This document shows positions 27,004 through 40,500 of a DNA stretch of 64,000 nt, in pieces. Location: positions 15,624,001 through 15,688,000 of the forward strand of contig OZ316776.1 in NCBI GenBank assembly GCA_973851085.1, in the 5' to 3' direction. The stretch's first letter is position 1. Each line of letters opens with the position of its first letter. The notes beneath the pieces are model-generated. The model made no database searches. It was not told the origin of the DNA and saw only the letters and a list, made by a program, of their open reading frames with translations. Made by a program: the position numbers and the translations under genes. This stretch comes from Ptychomitrium polyphyllum. Its lineage: Eukaryota.

Positions 27004-30000
27004 TTAGGAATACCACATGCCATATAAAACCCCTAAATCATCCCCAGTTGTAAGTTTCAAAACAGCGCCGTACATGTTTTTCAGCGCATCAACATTATTC
27101 GCCTTCGATGGACTCCCATTCATCTCGTTCCGTACTCCATTCTCACAACTTTTCCGAGACCTGCTTTGAATGCCCCCGCTTGGTTTTATAGCAGATAATG
27201 CAGCTCCAAGCATCGTTTTCAGATGCCTCTGTAGCTGCAAAGTGAAAGAAGTAGATATGTCTGGTGACACATGGCATGTGTTCCCACCCTCACCTTCCCT
27301 ACCTCCAAATTTTACAGCTCGACAACCTTCTAAAAGATGTACAAGAGCTTGCTCCAACACCTACGGAAACGACAGCAGATAAGTCATCAAAATAGTCAAG
27401 TATCACCAGGCACACTGTACACACAAAGTCATCCTACGCACATCATTGATAGAAAATCTGCGGATAACGTTGGTTGTGATGTTATCAAAATCATGAGCAT
27501 GCAAATCTTCCATCCAAAGACGACTCTGCACTTTTGACATTGTTCAGTGCGCTTACCGTATTAGGATGGGATAATGGTGCCATAGCCAAGCACATGGCTG
27601 ACCGTTCCATTATTATCTGCAGAAACATATCTGGATGAGACACGGCTTTATAGTACTCCAGCGCTTTCTGCCAGTAGCGGTCAGCCATAGATGCTAATCG
27701 TTTAGCCCCCTGCAACCTGGTGTCTCGTTTCTGGATATTGGTTTCCTCGGCTTGCACAGCCATTGCAAACAAGCAACTATCTCTTTGTTGACAGCCCAAT
27801 TGAAATTGAGCGTAGGCAGCTTCCTGCGCACGAAGTGAACCCAAAGATTCATACAACACCAACGCCTTAGATATAGCCTCTTTGGCTGTGACACCTGATT
27901 TTCTATCACAGTCCAGCTCATTACCGCCAACTGTTCTGGATTCTTTGTTTTTCCGATAAGCTTTCAAGAACTTGTCCTCTCTTGCAAGAAGCATCCCTAG
28001 TTTTAGATTAGTATGTGCTAACTGTGTGTAGACCTCATTGCACAATCCCCGCATTGTGCGCTCAACTCCATCTCCCCATGCCATAAGCTCTTTTCTGCCT
28101 TCACCATAAAACTCCAATGCTTCTTGGTAGAGAAATCGTGCTTCTCCAGCTTTTTTCATGAACGCATAATAGAAGTGAGGGAGCTGACATTCTTCCCAAC
28201 TAGATAGCTGAGATGCAAAAACTTCTGCAGCTGCTCTTCGGCCATGAGCAAGATTACAATAGACTAAAACTATGTTGGGGAGATCTTTAACTGCACGGAA
28301 CGCAACAATAGCTGTTTCAAAAGCAGCTTCAGCTGATTTCACGTTGCCTTGCGCAAGCCTCCTGCGACCCAGCTCGTTACAAGCCCAGCCCTTCTTTCTA
28401 AGTGCACTTTCATAATCTCGCAAATGTATAGAGTCTGCAAAAGCATCCACCGCAGAAGAATAACACTCTGACGCATCTGACAAATTCTTCTCCCAGTCGT
28501 CCACAACTGGTCTTCTGAGGTAAATAAATATGTCCACTTCAGTTGAATCTTCACTGACCGTCTCTCTAAGCCCAGGCTCCCGCTTCATGACTTCCGCATC
28601 AGAGGTCATGATGGTTTCATTCACATTTACATTTGAGCTGACCTTGTCCGTTTCCTGAATCGAAATGTCTGAGGGTAAAGAAGGATTCTTGCTATTGCTC
28701 TTTTTGACGTGTTTCCGTACATATTTGTTTGCATTGCCTTCCAAAGAAAAGCTATTACTACTGCTAGCAGAAACTCCACTGCTTGCTCGATCACTCTGGC
28801 AGCTACAACTTGTTAGGCTGCAAATTTCACAGTTTTCTAGATATTGTCCTCCTTTTTTCTTTAGTCTTTTCACTTCCTTCATTACTTCTTGCGCCATTTT
28901 CAGCTCTTCAACAGGTGTCACATCTTGATGCTTAGTTGGGTCGGAATCACCCATTGAACGCTGAACTTCAGCAAAGACGTCCCCAACAAGAAGCCAAACT
29001 TGCCCCCAAAAGTATCCTTTATGCACCTCTGATGCCCTTCCTGCACGAGATGAATCAGTGATATTTACTTTATCATATCCACCACTGGCCTCTGTTTGTT
29101 TGTCTGATCGAGGAGTCAACCCACGCGCCAGACAGGCCAACTCAGCAGCTTTGAGAGCTCGGTTGAATTGACCATCTTTTTTGTATGCTTGCGCAAGAGT
29201 AAGATAAGACTCTCCCAAAAGCAGGAGAAGCTGCCACAATTTCTCATCCATTCCAAACCCTACTTCAATATCTCGGAAGTCACAAATTGCTACACACTCA
29301 GGTTCTCCACATACACATTCTGTGTAATGGTCTGGTTGTCTATTAAGCTTTGGGCCAACATTCTCTGCAGATATTTTCTTCTCTCCAACATCTTGAAGCT
29401 GACGTTGCCATCTTAAAGATTTTATGGCCTGCGAGAGATGATGAACTGCTGCCAATCGTGCAGACACTGGGTCTGCAAGTGCCTGGACTACCTGTGGTAC
29501 TGGATCTGAGACTGTCAACTCTTGTTGAGAGTCTATTATTGAGGCATCTTCATCACAGTCACGAGGGAAGGAGGATGTTTCCACAACAGATGCATTTGCA
29601 AGGACTAGATCAGTGGGTGTAGGTTTAGCATACCCATCCACCTTCTCCATATCTGTACTAGTCGCATCTTTAGGTATAATTTCTTGACAAACCTGAACAG
29701 GAGAGATACTATCTGAGCTCTCCTCCACACTTAACTTATGAATAGTGGATTCTGAAGCGGAATCCTCCTGCAACTCGGAGTTCATTTCAGAGAAAGGAAG
29801 CTCTAAGGTGGATTCTTTCACATTCTCCTTCACGGGTGTAGCACTGCAGTTGTCCTCCAGTAAAAGGGGCTGCAGCATCACCCCAAGTTGCTTGTAACAT
29901 GCTAGAATAAGCCTAGCAGCATGCTCATGTGCAGATGCACGAATAACCTGCATAATAAGTAAGAACAAGTCGTTAAGGTAGGGAGTCAGAAAATTGAAAT

Positions 30001-33000
30001 TTTCATATGCAATGAAGACAAAAAATAAGTATATTCAATTACCATACAAACTCAGTCGAAGAGGTACAATTGCGAAATTTTCAATTGAACATATGTAGCC
30101 AAGCTCATGTGGTAATCCTGAAAAGGGAGCTTATGATCATCAAATGAGACACTCTAAAGAGTAAACGCTTGACTCGATCTGGATGCTTCAATAAATGTGT
30201 GACACAGACACAAACCAGATGTTCTTGCTCATCCATATACTCTAAGCACTTTCCAAAGAGTTTCGCACATTTCATTCTGTCAGCCGGGTCCTGCAAGATG
30301 TAGACGTTTCTGTTATATATCTATGGCGTCATACTCCAGATAAGAACATTTCATGCAATAGATACCAGATGTTGATTATTCATAATGCAAAACAGAGGCC
30401 ATTACCATAAAATAACTATCAAGTAAAGATACCCAAGTATTACCAGCAAAAAGACACCTACAGGAGTACCAGTCTATGTAAGTTAAACTCCTAAATATTT
30501 TGAATCCTCTTTAAGAAGATCCGCATTTTTAGTCAGATTTTTGGAAAGAAATAGATGCATGTCTAACATTTCATAAAAAATGAGGACTAGAGTTTCGTCA
30601 AAAGTATCAACTTAGCTCGTTTACTTCTGTCCCCGTTAACAAGCACTCACAACATGTGGAAAAAGAAATAAATCAGTAGATTCCATAAAACGTTACTAGC
30701 AATTGTGCAACACAAGAAGCCAAAATCGACGAAGGAGTGAGATAAGGTGAACACCTCAGATCGAGACAAACGATTAGCAAGACGATACAAAAGCATTGCC
30801 AGTGGCAGAGAATAGTGACCATTGCCCCGATTTCTTGAAGAAGGCAGTGTACCACGTTCCTTGTCTTCCTTGTCGCCACAAGTATTTTGGGGTTTTGACA
30901 TCACAGAAAGATCATGCAACTGCATGAGATCCTCTCCGGCGTTTTTGAAAAGCTGTCATTACAAAGAGAAGCAGCACAATTGTAAATACCGTTTGGTGCT
31001 CACTTGAAATGTATCCACTGTAATTTCACAAACAGACGAAGGGACAATCCGGTTCTTAAGACTCATAATGGACATGTTCATAAGACGAAAGATTACATAC
31101 CCAATAAGTGCCAGGGTCTTGTTTGCAATTATCCTGTAAGAATCTGAGTACAGTTGATGCATTCTGCTCAACCACCTGAGGACTGAAAAAGGCCGTGCCG
31201 TCTTCTGAAAGTCCCTTCAAAAGAAAAATGTCATCTGTTTTCAGCAGCTCGTAACCTTGGACGACCCCGTTCCGATGATAACACACAGCAAGTTCGGGAA
31301 TACTCGCCATCACATTATCCAGCCAGGCATCTAGCCACATCAACGGAGTAACCTGTACAAACGTAGACTTGTCAATCCCACTATAAACAAAAGTACAACG
31401 ATAGACTTCAAATTAATTTGTTTGACAACAAAATGTGGAGCAAATTGCACGAGGTGTAAACTCACAGCATGTTCTCTCCTGATAAAAAGAAATTCTACAC
31501 ATCCTTGAACGCCCTTTGACTATCTTTCTCGAGTACCTAAAGAACGGGAAAGACGCAGTGCAGATTACAGCAGTTGACACCAAATCATTTATAAAGTTAA
31601 CAATCGACAATCGCAGGTCTTCTGGCAACAGAAGAAACGAAAGTACACCATGACAGCAAATTGAGAGCAAAGCCCTTTATAATGCTGAACTACAATCTGA
31701 ATGAGGAAGCCATAACTAAATTAATAGTCAATACATCAACAGACACTAAATCACAAAGTTCAACCACATCGATGTATATCTTACTGGAAAATCGAAGGGG
31801 TTAAAAGATCTGTTCCCAACCTGACGACCAATCTCCATCAGATGTAGGCTAACAGCTGCATGCTTCTCATTGCTGAAAAGAAGCAAATCACTTCCCAGAA
31901 GCATGCGCAAGTTCTGGAACTGCCAGAAGAGGACCCTCAGGAAACTTTCAGATGCCGTTTGCCTAGGAGGCATATCTGGATCTTTCGGCATAAAATTAAA
32001 GTTCTGTTGTTGCTCACGAATAAATTTTCCCTTTTGAAAATCTAAGCCTCCTCCACAGCCATTACGACGACTCACCACCCTTTGTTTCCCCTTTTTACTA
32101 GCCCTAGTTGGTCTGCCTCGTACATCATCTTCACTGCAACAACTTGTGCTTTCTGAGAAAGTGTCTTCAACCACCTGCCATGGAACAGCCCCGAATTTCA
32201 AGCTTCCAAATCCAGGAGGGACTGTTCCTGCTGATTGTCTCCTTCCACTTGGAGTTCCTTCACTATCACAGGTTCTGGGAGAATCTGGGTCCTCAGAAGC
32301 TTCGTCATGAATTGAATGTTGTATAAACTTTGAGAACAACTTTCTATCCATCGCCTTTGCTTGGTTTTTCTTTCTCCTTACAATTTTCTCACCTTCCTCA
32401 ATGTCTGGCCTGTGTAACCCATTAAAGTATTCGCAGTCAGTACAGAAAATGAACTCAGGGCTGGAGGTTCTCTACACTCCTCGAGTTTACCACTACACTT
32501 AATCCGTTCAGAAGAAGTGCAAGTCTTTTTTAAGACTTAAGAGATGCAACATGACCTACCCAGAGTTCAATATAAGCGTATGTCCAACCCGATGCACAGC
32601 AACTGATAAACGACTCTTGCTGTAAGGGGTCTTAAAAATCTGCTTCAGTATGTCCACTGGAGCCACCACGTCAATCTCATCCCCGTATCTAGAAGTGAGA
32701 GCACTGACGGCTAAACTTTCACATTTCCTGGCCAACGGCTGCATCAAGTAACCTCCGTCCCAGGTATTGCACAGTCCTACAAAACATTACACATCGGAGG
32801 ATGAATCAACAGAAGACACAACACATCATTAAGAAAATCACAAACTTAAATAATAAGGTTAGGTCAATTAAAAATAGCCGCTTCACTTACCACTTGCTTC
32901 ATTCGCCGAAGTAACTGGCAGCAATTCGTCAAATTGAACTCCATGAGGAGGTGCGGTGTTAAGGTCAGTTTCAGTGGGAAGCAAACGGTAGCGGGGTCCC

Positions 33001-33598
33001 TGAGCTGGAACTGAGCTGGAATGTCATAAGCAATACAGTGTATTAGCAGGCGCTACGAACTTTAAAACTCGCTCACCAGATCTGACGCTAAGACAGAAAC
33101 AGTGGACCACGCGGTTGCACGATTCTATTTGTAATAGTCAATTGCATAGATTCTACAAACAAACTTCGCTGCACCTAACAGTAGTATGGGTCAGACTCTT
33201 CAAAAGTAAGCTTACAAAACGCTTCAATCTAAGTTGACAACAGAACGAATGATAGAACCAGTACTGACAATCTGTTACGTTCAGTAAGTTAGGTCAAACA
33301 CCAAAACAGATTCACAAATCCGTCTACAGTAGCCAGAACACGGTCGCCTTCTTAGAAGCCTGAACCAGGAAAAAAATCAACGTGTTTGAGAGTATGCCGA
33401 AGTGCATTACAACTAAACGCACCTCTGACTTAAGAGATTGATAGCCACAGGGACCAGAGCTGCCTGAGTAGGTGACAGCGGGTTTGAAGCAGGGTTTACG
33501 GTCGGCACAGGCAAGCTGCCGCAAATAAACCCCAGCGGCACAGCCGCCTGCGCACTCTGCACTTGCAGCTGCCCCACGCACCCATCGCGACGCATCAT
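27004..33598 (-). CDS. EDRF1-like (erythroid differentiation-related factor 1 / At1g35660-like) TPR-type protein
   Basis: N-terminus MMRRDGCVGQL..VPLGFICGSLPVPT; IDVVAPVDILKQIFKTPYSKSRLSVAVHRVGHTLILNSG; FLRVLFWQFQNLRMLLGSDLLLFSNEKH; WLDAWLDNVMASIPELAVCYHRNGVVQGYELLKTDDIF; large exon 29948-27558; last exon 27360-27004. Confidence 0.9.
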
Positions 33599-34239
33599 GC
33601 TGGCCACGTAGCCTCCAAATCGCTACCACTGAACACAAAACAAAAAACCACAACAGAACAAGAACACACAAGTTGATCAAAACACTAAACCAACCACAAA
33701 ACTACACATTACACTCAACACACCTATCACTCCAGCTCTAAACTCATCGCCACAATCTCATCACTAACCGATATTCACAATTCTTACAAAGATCGTCGCC
33801 GCCTGGAGTAACTTGACGCAAACTGTGCGCCTACAACTAACAAGCCAAAAAACGCAATAACGATGTGCGACCATCTCAGGTCGGATTCACATCGAACTAA
33901 CCTGCTAATCAAGCGCCGAGACGAAAAACACAACAAACGCAAAACAGAAAAAAACCTCGAACACGCACCGAGGTGAAGCACATCCAAACTCCGAGCAATC
34001 CCCACGCACTCGCACCTCCACTGCGACGACGGCAGAAACGACAATCGCAACAACGTCGACGATCCACCACAAGGAAGTGAGCTCCGCAAATGAAATCCTC
34101 GTCTCGTTGAAACACAGCGGCGATGATGAAATTCACTACGCCATTGGCGAGATGGCCGTAAAAGCTCCTCCACGGGGCTGCAATGGTGCGTCCGTCGCCG
34201 AATTCCTAGGGTTTCGCTTCGACAATGCATGCGCACAGA

Positions 34240-34319
34240 GTGCGTGCGTGTGTATAAGCGTTTGTGTAAGCGTTCGTGTATGCGTTTGTGTGTGTGTGTG
34301 TGTGTGCGTGTGTGCGTGC
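34240..34319. repeat. (TG/CA)n-rich microsatellite at the 5' end of the EDRF1-like gene
   Basis: Imperfect GT dinucleotide tract with a perfect core around 34288-34305. Confidence 0.9.
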
Positions 34320-37300
34320 TCTTCGGGGAAGAAAACTATGCACTGCAAGGCTTCCAACGGGAAGTCTCGCTTCAAGTGGACTTGAAGTTTTCAGGTCTCA
34401 TGTTCCGCTTTCAGGCGCGTTCAGTGTCCAAGGAACTTTCCAGAACTGACGACGGATCTGCGTGGTATCTGCAGTAATTTAAAGAGGAAGTTGCAGTATA
34501 TAAAGCGGCCATAGGCGCCCTGCTCGCCCCTCGCCTCCCCCGTTGCTTGCGGCTTCGCCACGTTCGAGGTCTCCGCGGCTAAAGGGCCACCACGTCACAC
34601 TGGAGACCCCACCGCCACGAAGGGCAGACTTCCGCTTTAGCTTACAGTGCGTGCGTAGGGAAAGGAAGGCTGCCTTTCCTGCGTAGGATTCTTCGACCCC
34701 ATTGGATTCTAGAATCTGCACTGCGCAGGGGTTATCAGAAAGTCACTTCTAGAGTATGATATCAAAATGCCATCTTGACACAAAATTGATGTCCAAGTTA
34801 CATTAAAATTTTAATAGTTTTAATATTGATGTTAAAATGATTGTAACGTGATGATTATCTGTTGACATGATATCAATGTGATAATTGTTGTCCCTCAATG
34901 TATTAGAGGGATTGAACTTAATTGCATGAGATATGTAACCAATAAGAATGGGCTTTTGACCTTAGCTTAACCAAAAAGTATAACCTAGTTTATAATGACA
35001 TTAGGTACACAAAGATTTTGCATGAACATGAAAGATTTAAGTAAAGATCTTAATAATTTTTATATATGATGATTGGAGAATTTTTTTTTGTAATCACATT
35101 TTTGTAATTGATTTAAGGTAAACTCATTAACACCTCATATTATAAAATGTACTATGATATCAAATGTTTATCAAATGCATAAAATTCACGTTATCAAAAT
35201 AAAAAAAGTTTTAATATTTATGAATATATTTCATAGAATTTTGATGAAAGTTTTAAAATTGAGGTTTTATATGTTTATTCAATTCCAATAATATGCTATA
35301 GAAAAAAATATAAATTAAAAGACATATGTTAATTGATGCCTTTCAAATCACAACTAAACTTCAATTTTAATTTTTAAATGTTGTACAATATATTATGTAC
35401 TACAATTTTCATTTGGATTATGTGGATTTTGTCCATTTAAGCTTAAGGAATATATGTTTGAATTAAAGTAAGCTAAAATTGCATTTACTTTTGTTTATTA
35501 TTATGTCTTCCAAAAGAGCAATTATTTGGTATCATTCAAAAAACTAAGTTACATATTATGAACTTGAATAAAAATAGACACAAAATATGAGGTAGAAACA
35601 CATTTAAAAATCACGGATTTGTTTCAACCTACTACAATATCATTCATGTCCACTACACAATCTTCCAAATTTAATGGTACATTACTATAATGAAGATACT
35701 TAAATGCTAGTGAATAATTAAATATTTACAATATTTGTCTATTTAAAAAAATTAATGTAATAATTTATTACAAGAATTTAGAAAAATCAAGTTCAAAAAT
35801 TCAATAGAATTTCACATGAAATAAAAAATTTATCTTTTCTTTGGATTTAATCATTAATTTTAAAGATTCTTCTAGAGATCATTGTCTCACATAAACCATT
35901 TAAATTATCAGCCTTAGCACCCGCACCTTATCCATGCTGGCAGCCAAAATACTTATTCTGGAGGAGTGAGTTGCCTCAATAAAGATTCCCACCAATTCAT
36001 CCAAAAACAATCTGAGCTCCACATAAATGCAACATGACACATACTTTAGACCGTAATTGTACTGCTATACCGGTTCTCTCCAGCTCAGCAACTTGGTCTA
36101 ATCATCCAATCTCCTTTTAGAACATCTCCCAATTCATTCATAACCTGCACACTCCGCTATTCCCAGGGCATTAACACCATCGCGGGTATCAATCTGGCAC
36201 AGAGTCGCCGGTACAGTGCAAACTAGGGAAGCGCACCTAAAACCAACAGCATCTATGACTTTCATACGTTCCAGCCTCGAAACTTGCAAAGAGGATACGT
36301 AGCACCCCGCTTGTACAGAGTGTCGGTGTTGGGTGTTCATACCTTACATGTGAGCAACACACACCTAAGGCATGTTCCTTGTCCGTGCCAGGCTATGGTC
36401 CCAAACACCAACCGAGCCTTCGTTCACAGAATTGCGCTGAGCAGTGAATCGTATCCAATCACTCACTGCAAATACAGGAAGCGAAACGTATCCAAAACCA
36501 TCACTGTCGACTTCATCTACGGCAAGCTTACACCTATCACCCGAGTCTACGGATAACGTAGATATTGAAATGCTAGTGTCACTCGTACATTTCAGAACTG
36601 CTTACCCTAAACCAGTGTCATCTACCTACTCATACTTCTTAATAGATGGAAGTCCATAGTTTGCATGGACGTTTGCGTATCTGTGCACAGTGACGTTTCG
36701 TCACTCTACTCAAAACCAACATCATCTGCGCCGTTTGTAGACCATTTCAGGTAGAATTCTGCAAACGGTTGTAGATAATATAGTTTTGAGTTCTGTGACA
36801 GTTTCAGGAATTCTTCAGAAATGGACGGGGAATCACATGCACCAAATTTAATTATCTTCACTTTTTGTACAGCATCGGAACCAGGTGTTAATATTTCATA
36901 GATGATCATCATAGTAGCGGTTCTTGGTATGCCCCAAAGACATACAGCGAGTGATACGAATCCTCGCCGAGAACGAGGGGCCATATCCTGGCCTGGTCGG
37001 GTAACATACAAGCGTCATCATCATCCCTTCGTCTAGATCTCCGGAATTCAATGACACATCACCCCAGATACCGCCAACAGATACGGTCGTAAGTATGCTT
37101 CCCATTTCTTTACCAATCCGGGTATCTTTCCAGTACCGGTATGAACTCACCATCCCGGGTATGGGGAGCTGCGCTTGGCATTGAAGGAGGGAGGATTGGC
37201 GTCACTTGCAGAGAAAGCGAAGCTCGGCCGAAGCTCGCGCTCTCTTGCAACGCAGCGCAAAGCTGCTGCTTCCGAATCCGTCAAGGTCGTCTGTGCAGTT

Positions 37301-37519
37301 CCTCCGCTGACTCTGACTTCTCCACGGCAGTCCTCTGGCGATACTGGAGGCACTGAGCTGGCTTCGCGCCCCGTTTCATGCCCTCGGGTCAGCAAAACCT
37401 TCACCTTGGTACGCACTGTGGAAGCCAAGCGAGTGGGTGTGATTGGATTTGGCAGCGTATGTTGTTGGGCGCGCGAGTCCCATGCTCTTGAGGGGAGCAG
37501 TCGTGGAGCATTGGACTCC

Positions 37520-40500
37520 ATGATGGGGCGCCTCGGCAGAACCAGATCGCCGCGGGGCCAGGCGCTCGGTCCCGCAATCTCGACCATCTCGCTCGTCTGC
37601 TTCGGTGCCCTGCTCTTGCTGGCCGTGCTATCCGTGCTCTCGGGTCGGTTGCTGGATGTGGAGGATTCGCGGAAACACTCCGAGTCTCGGTCAGCTCAAA
37701 GTTTCCAGTTTGAGGATGAAGCTGATCCTCTGGTATGCATGTGGTGCTTCCCATCTCTCTTTCGTGTGTAGAGTGCCGGTTCCGTGACAAGAATTTTTCT
37801 TTGAGATGTCGATTCGGGCATCCATGATCGCCTCGGTTGAGTGAGAATGATTGATGTTCATGAACCCTGAAACGTCCACGTGTTGAAATTCTAGTGTTTT
37901 TTGTTTATCAATCTTGTGACGGTAGGTTGTGAGAGGGTTAATAAGGATTGTTAAGTTTGAGTGTCCAGCTTGTGTGGTAGGATGACAACCTAGTTTAGTG
38001 GCATACGGTAACCTAGGTTTCAGGACGAGAGGCTGCTTGAATTTTTTCTAGAGTGGTTGAGAGTGTTGTTTTGAGTTTGGAAGCCTGTTTTTTTCTTAGT
38101 AAGTGCGGTTGTGACCTAGAAACACGAAAGGAAATGGGTTAGTGGTTTTGAGTTCTAGAATTGTCCTCAGAAACATCTACCGATCGTATGAAGGGATCTT
38201 TCTTAATTTCCTGAGGAGAATCAATCAGAATCTTTGAATTTCTGTCTTTGGAGTATGACCTAAATGTGAAGCAGAAACAAGGATGCTCTGAAACCTGGAG
38301 GTGGTGATTTCTAAACGTGATTTTTTTCATGTTGAACTGTCGGATGTACTGAGTTAGCCTGTGTGTTGACTTAGATAATCGAGGAGGAAAATGTGACCCA
38401 AGCTATGGTGCAAAAACCGCTGGTAGTGCCAGTAAGTTTCGTATGTCCTTTCAAAACCCTGAATATTCCTAATTTTTTTTATCCTTCAGCATAACGTATG
38501 CATGTCTACCTTAACTTTCACATGTACACTTCGAGGTCATGTGTCTGCGACTCCGAAGTTGCTTTTAAGATTGAGCAGCTGATATATGAGGATTTGTTTT
38601 TGCGTGCACTATTTCCTATTCTCTCTAAGATTATATCTATCATCTCGTCTAGGTGTTCGTTTATGCAGTTATCTTACAATGACTTCTCTTTTTTGACTCT
38701 CATTAGCTTTGTGTAATGCCAATGCTAGCTGTCTCTTCTATTTCATTTCTTTCTCCGTCTTGCCGTGAAATTATGCACATTTTGCAAGGTAAGCGTAGAA
38801 TCTGATTTCTTGAGTATCTGAACCTCAGGACCAGTGGGACACCTCTGCACCATATGTTTGGGATTCCCAGAATGCTGAGTATTACTATGGGTGCAGTGAG
38901 CCTACCGAAGACTACACAAGTAGGTTGCTTTTCTCTCCTCTCACCTTACATTATGTTTATTTTCCTATTCAGAGTATTGCTACCATCTAAAACATCAGTT
39001 ATTTTCATTATGTTCCTGCTCAGTCCTTGACATTTCAGCGAAAGGTACTTCAGTTAACTTGTTAGAATCGTTGTTTCAAGAGTCATTGCTTTGGCGTCTT
39101 TTGATGTTTGCAATGCTTTGGAGTATCATTTCCGTTTATCCTCATGTCTGCTTTGACATCCTTTACTTTCGGAGAATTCTTTGCTCTACAATATACTGCT
39201 TACTTTCCTCATGTGTCCTGTCTTTTTGTGTTTGCAGGTAGTCCAACTTCAGAGGTCAATGGGTATCTTTTAATTGCAGCTAGTGGGGGTCTGAATCAAC
39301 AGAGAACAGGGGTAACGCCTTGTATTTCCACTTGTTTTGGTTGATCACTTCCGCACTTGCTCTTGAGCGTAAGCTCTTGGTTGTGTTAATTTTTGCTTGA
39401 AATTTATTAATGTCATAATTGTTGTACGATTGGTTATTAAGTCAGTTGTTGAGGTCAATTCTGTGTGAGATGGAATAATGCTTTTGATATACCATTGAGC
39501 GTCATTGGTCTTGTGGATAAAGTAAGAGTTCATGCTTTTGTATGGTCCCTAGTTTGCCAAACTTCTACATTAAATTTTTTTCTCCATTTTAGTAGTCCTA
39601 TGTTCCGCGGGCGCTTATTTGGGATTCGTCTCCTGAATATTATTGTTTTAAACTATTGTTGGCCTCACCAATTGCACAGATCACAGATTCTGTTGTTGTT
39701 GCTCGACTGTTAAACGCAACCCTAGTTGTCCCACAACTCGACCATCGATCATATTGGAAAGATTCCAGGTAAAATCTTGCATCTGCAGCTTGCATGTCAA
39801 GGAATATGCACTTTTTCCTGCATCTGTTTAATCAGGTTCAACCTGGACTGTCACAGCAGACATCTGTGATCATTCAGCTTTTCTTATTAGGTATTGACGT
39901 CTTCTTACCGAGAAGCTAGTATTGTTAGTTCTTGACGCCGTTTCTATTGACGCTAAAAGCGGTGTTGATATGTTTGCATGGGGTTGTGGATGGCAGCAAT
40001 TTTAGTGACATTTTTGATGTAGACTGGTTCATCAAATCCGTAGCTCCTGACGTGAAAGTGATCAAGGAACTGCCTCAAAATGAAAGAAAGTACCTTTTGA
40101 AGCAGTTGGCCAGTATGCGTGTCCCACGGAAGGTTACACCGCATTATTATCTTTCACGTATCTTGCCCACCCTGAAAAGAAGACATGTAAGGGTCGCTCT
40201 CCTCAGCTACTTCTATTTACTCCTGTGTCATTGCTAATCCTGTGTTATCGGATTGTGTATTTGACTGCTCTTTATGTGATCTTTATCTTATATATATCCA
40301 CGTTTACTTGTCTTGGAATGAAATTGCAAGCGTGGAGCTCGAGGAAATGGATGCATTGATAGTATTTGCTTTGTTCAGCTCAATCATTCCTAAACTTGTA
40401 GTACAGCAATTGGTTTTAATCCTTCGCTTGCTCATATATTGCCTCTCAAGTCAAAGGAACTTGATGTATATTACCTTTTGACTTTTTGCCAGTTTATTAG

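Noticed and set aside
33784..34721. Several 75-150 aa ORFs at the EDRF1-like 5' end
   Set aside because: GC-rich leader/promoter and microsatellite translations with no domain features.
37175..37519. N-terminal extension of the GT106 ORF in the track
   Set aside because: It starts at TTG; the first in-frame ATG is at 37520, so this is most likely GC-rich 5'UTR.
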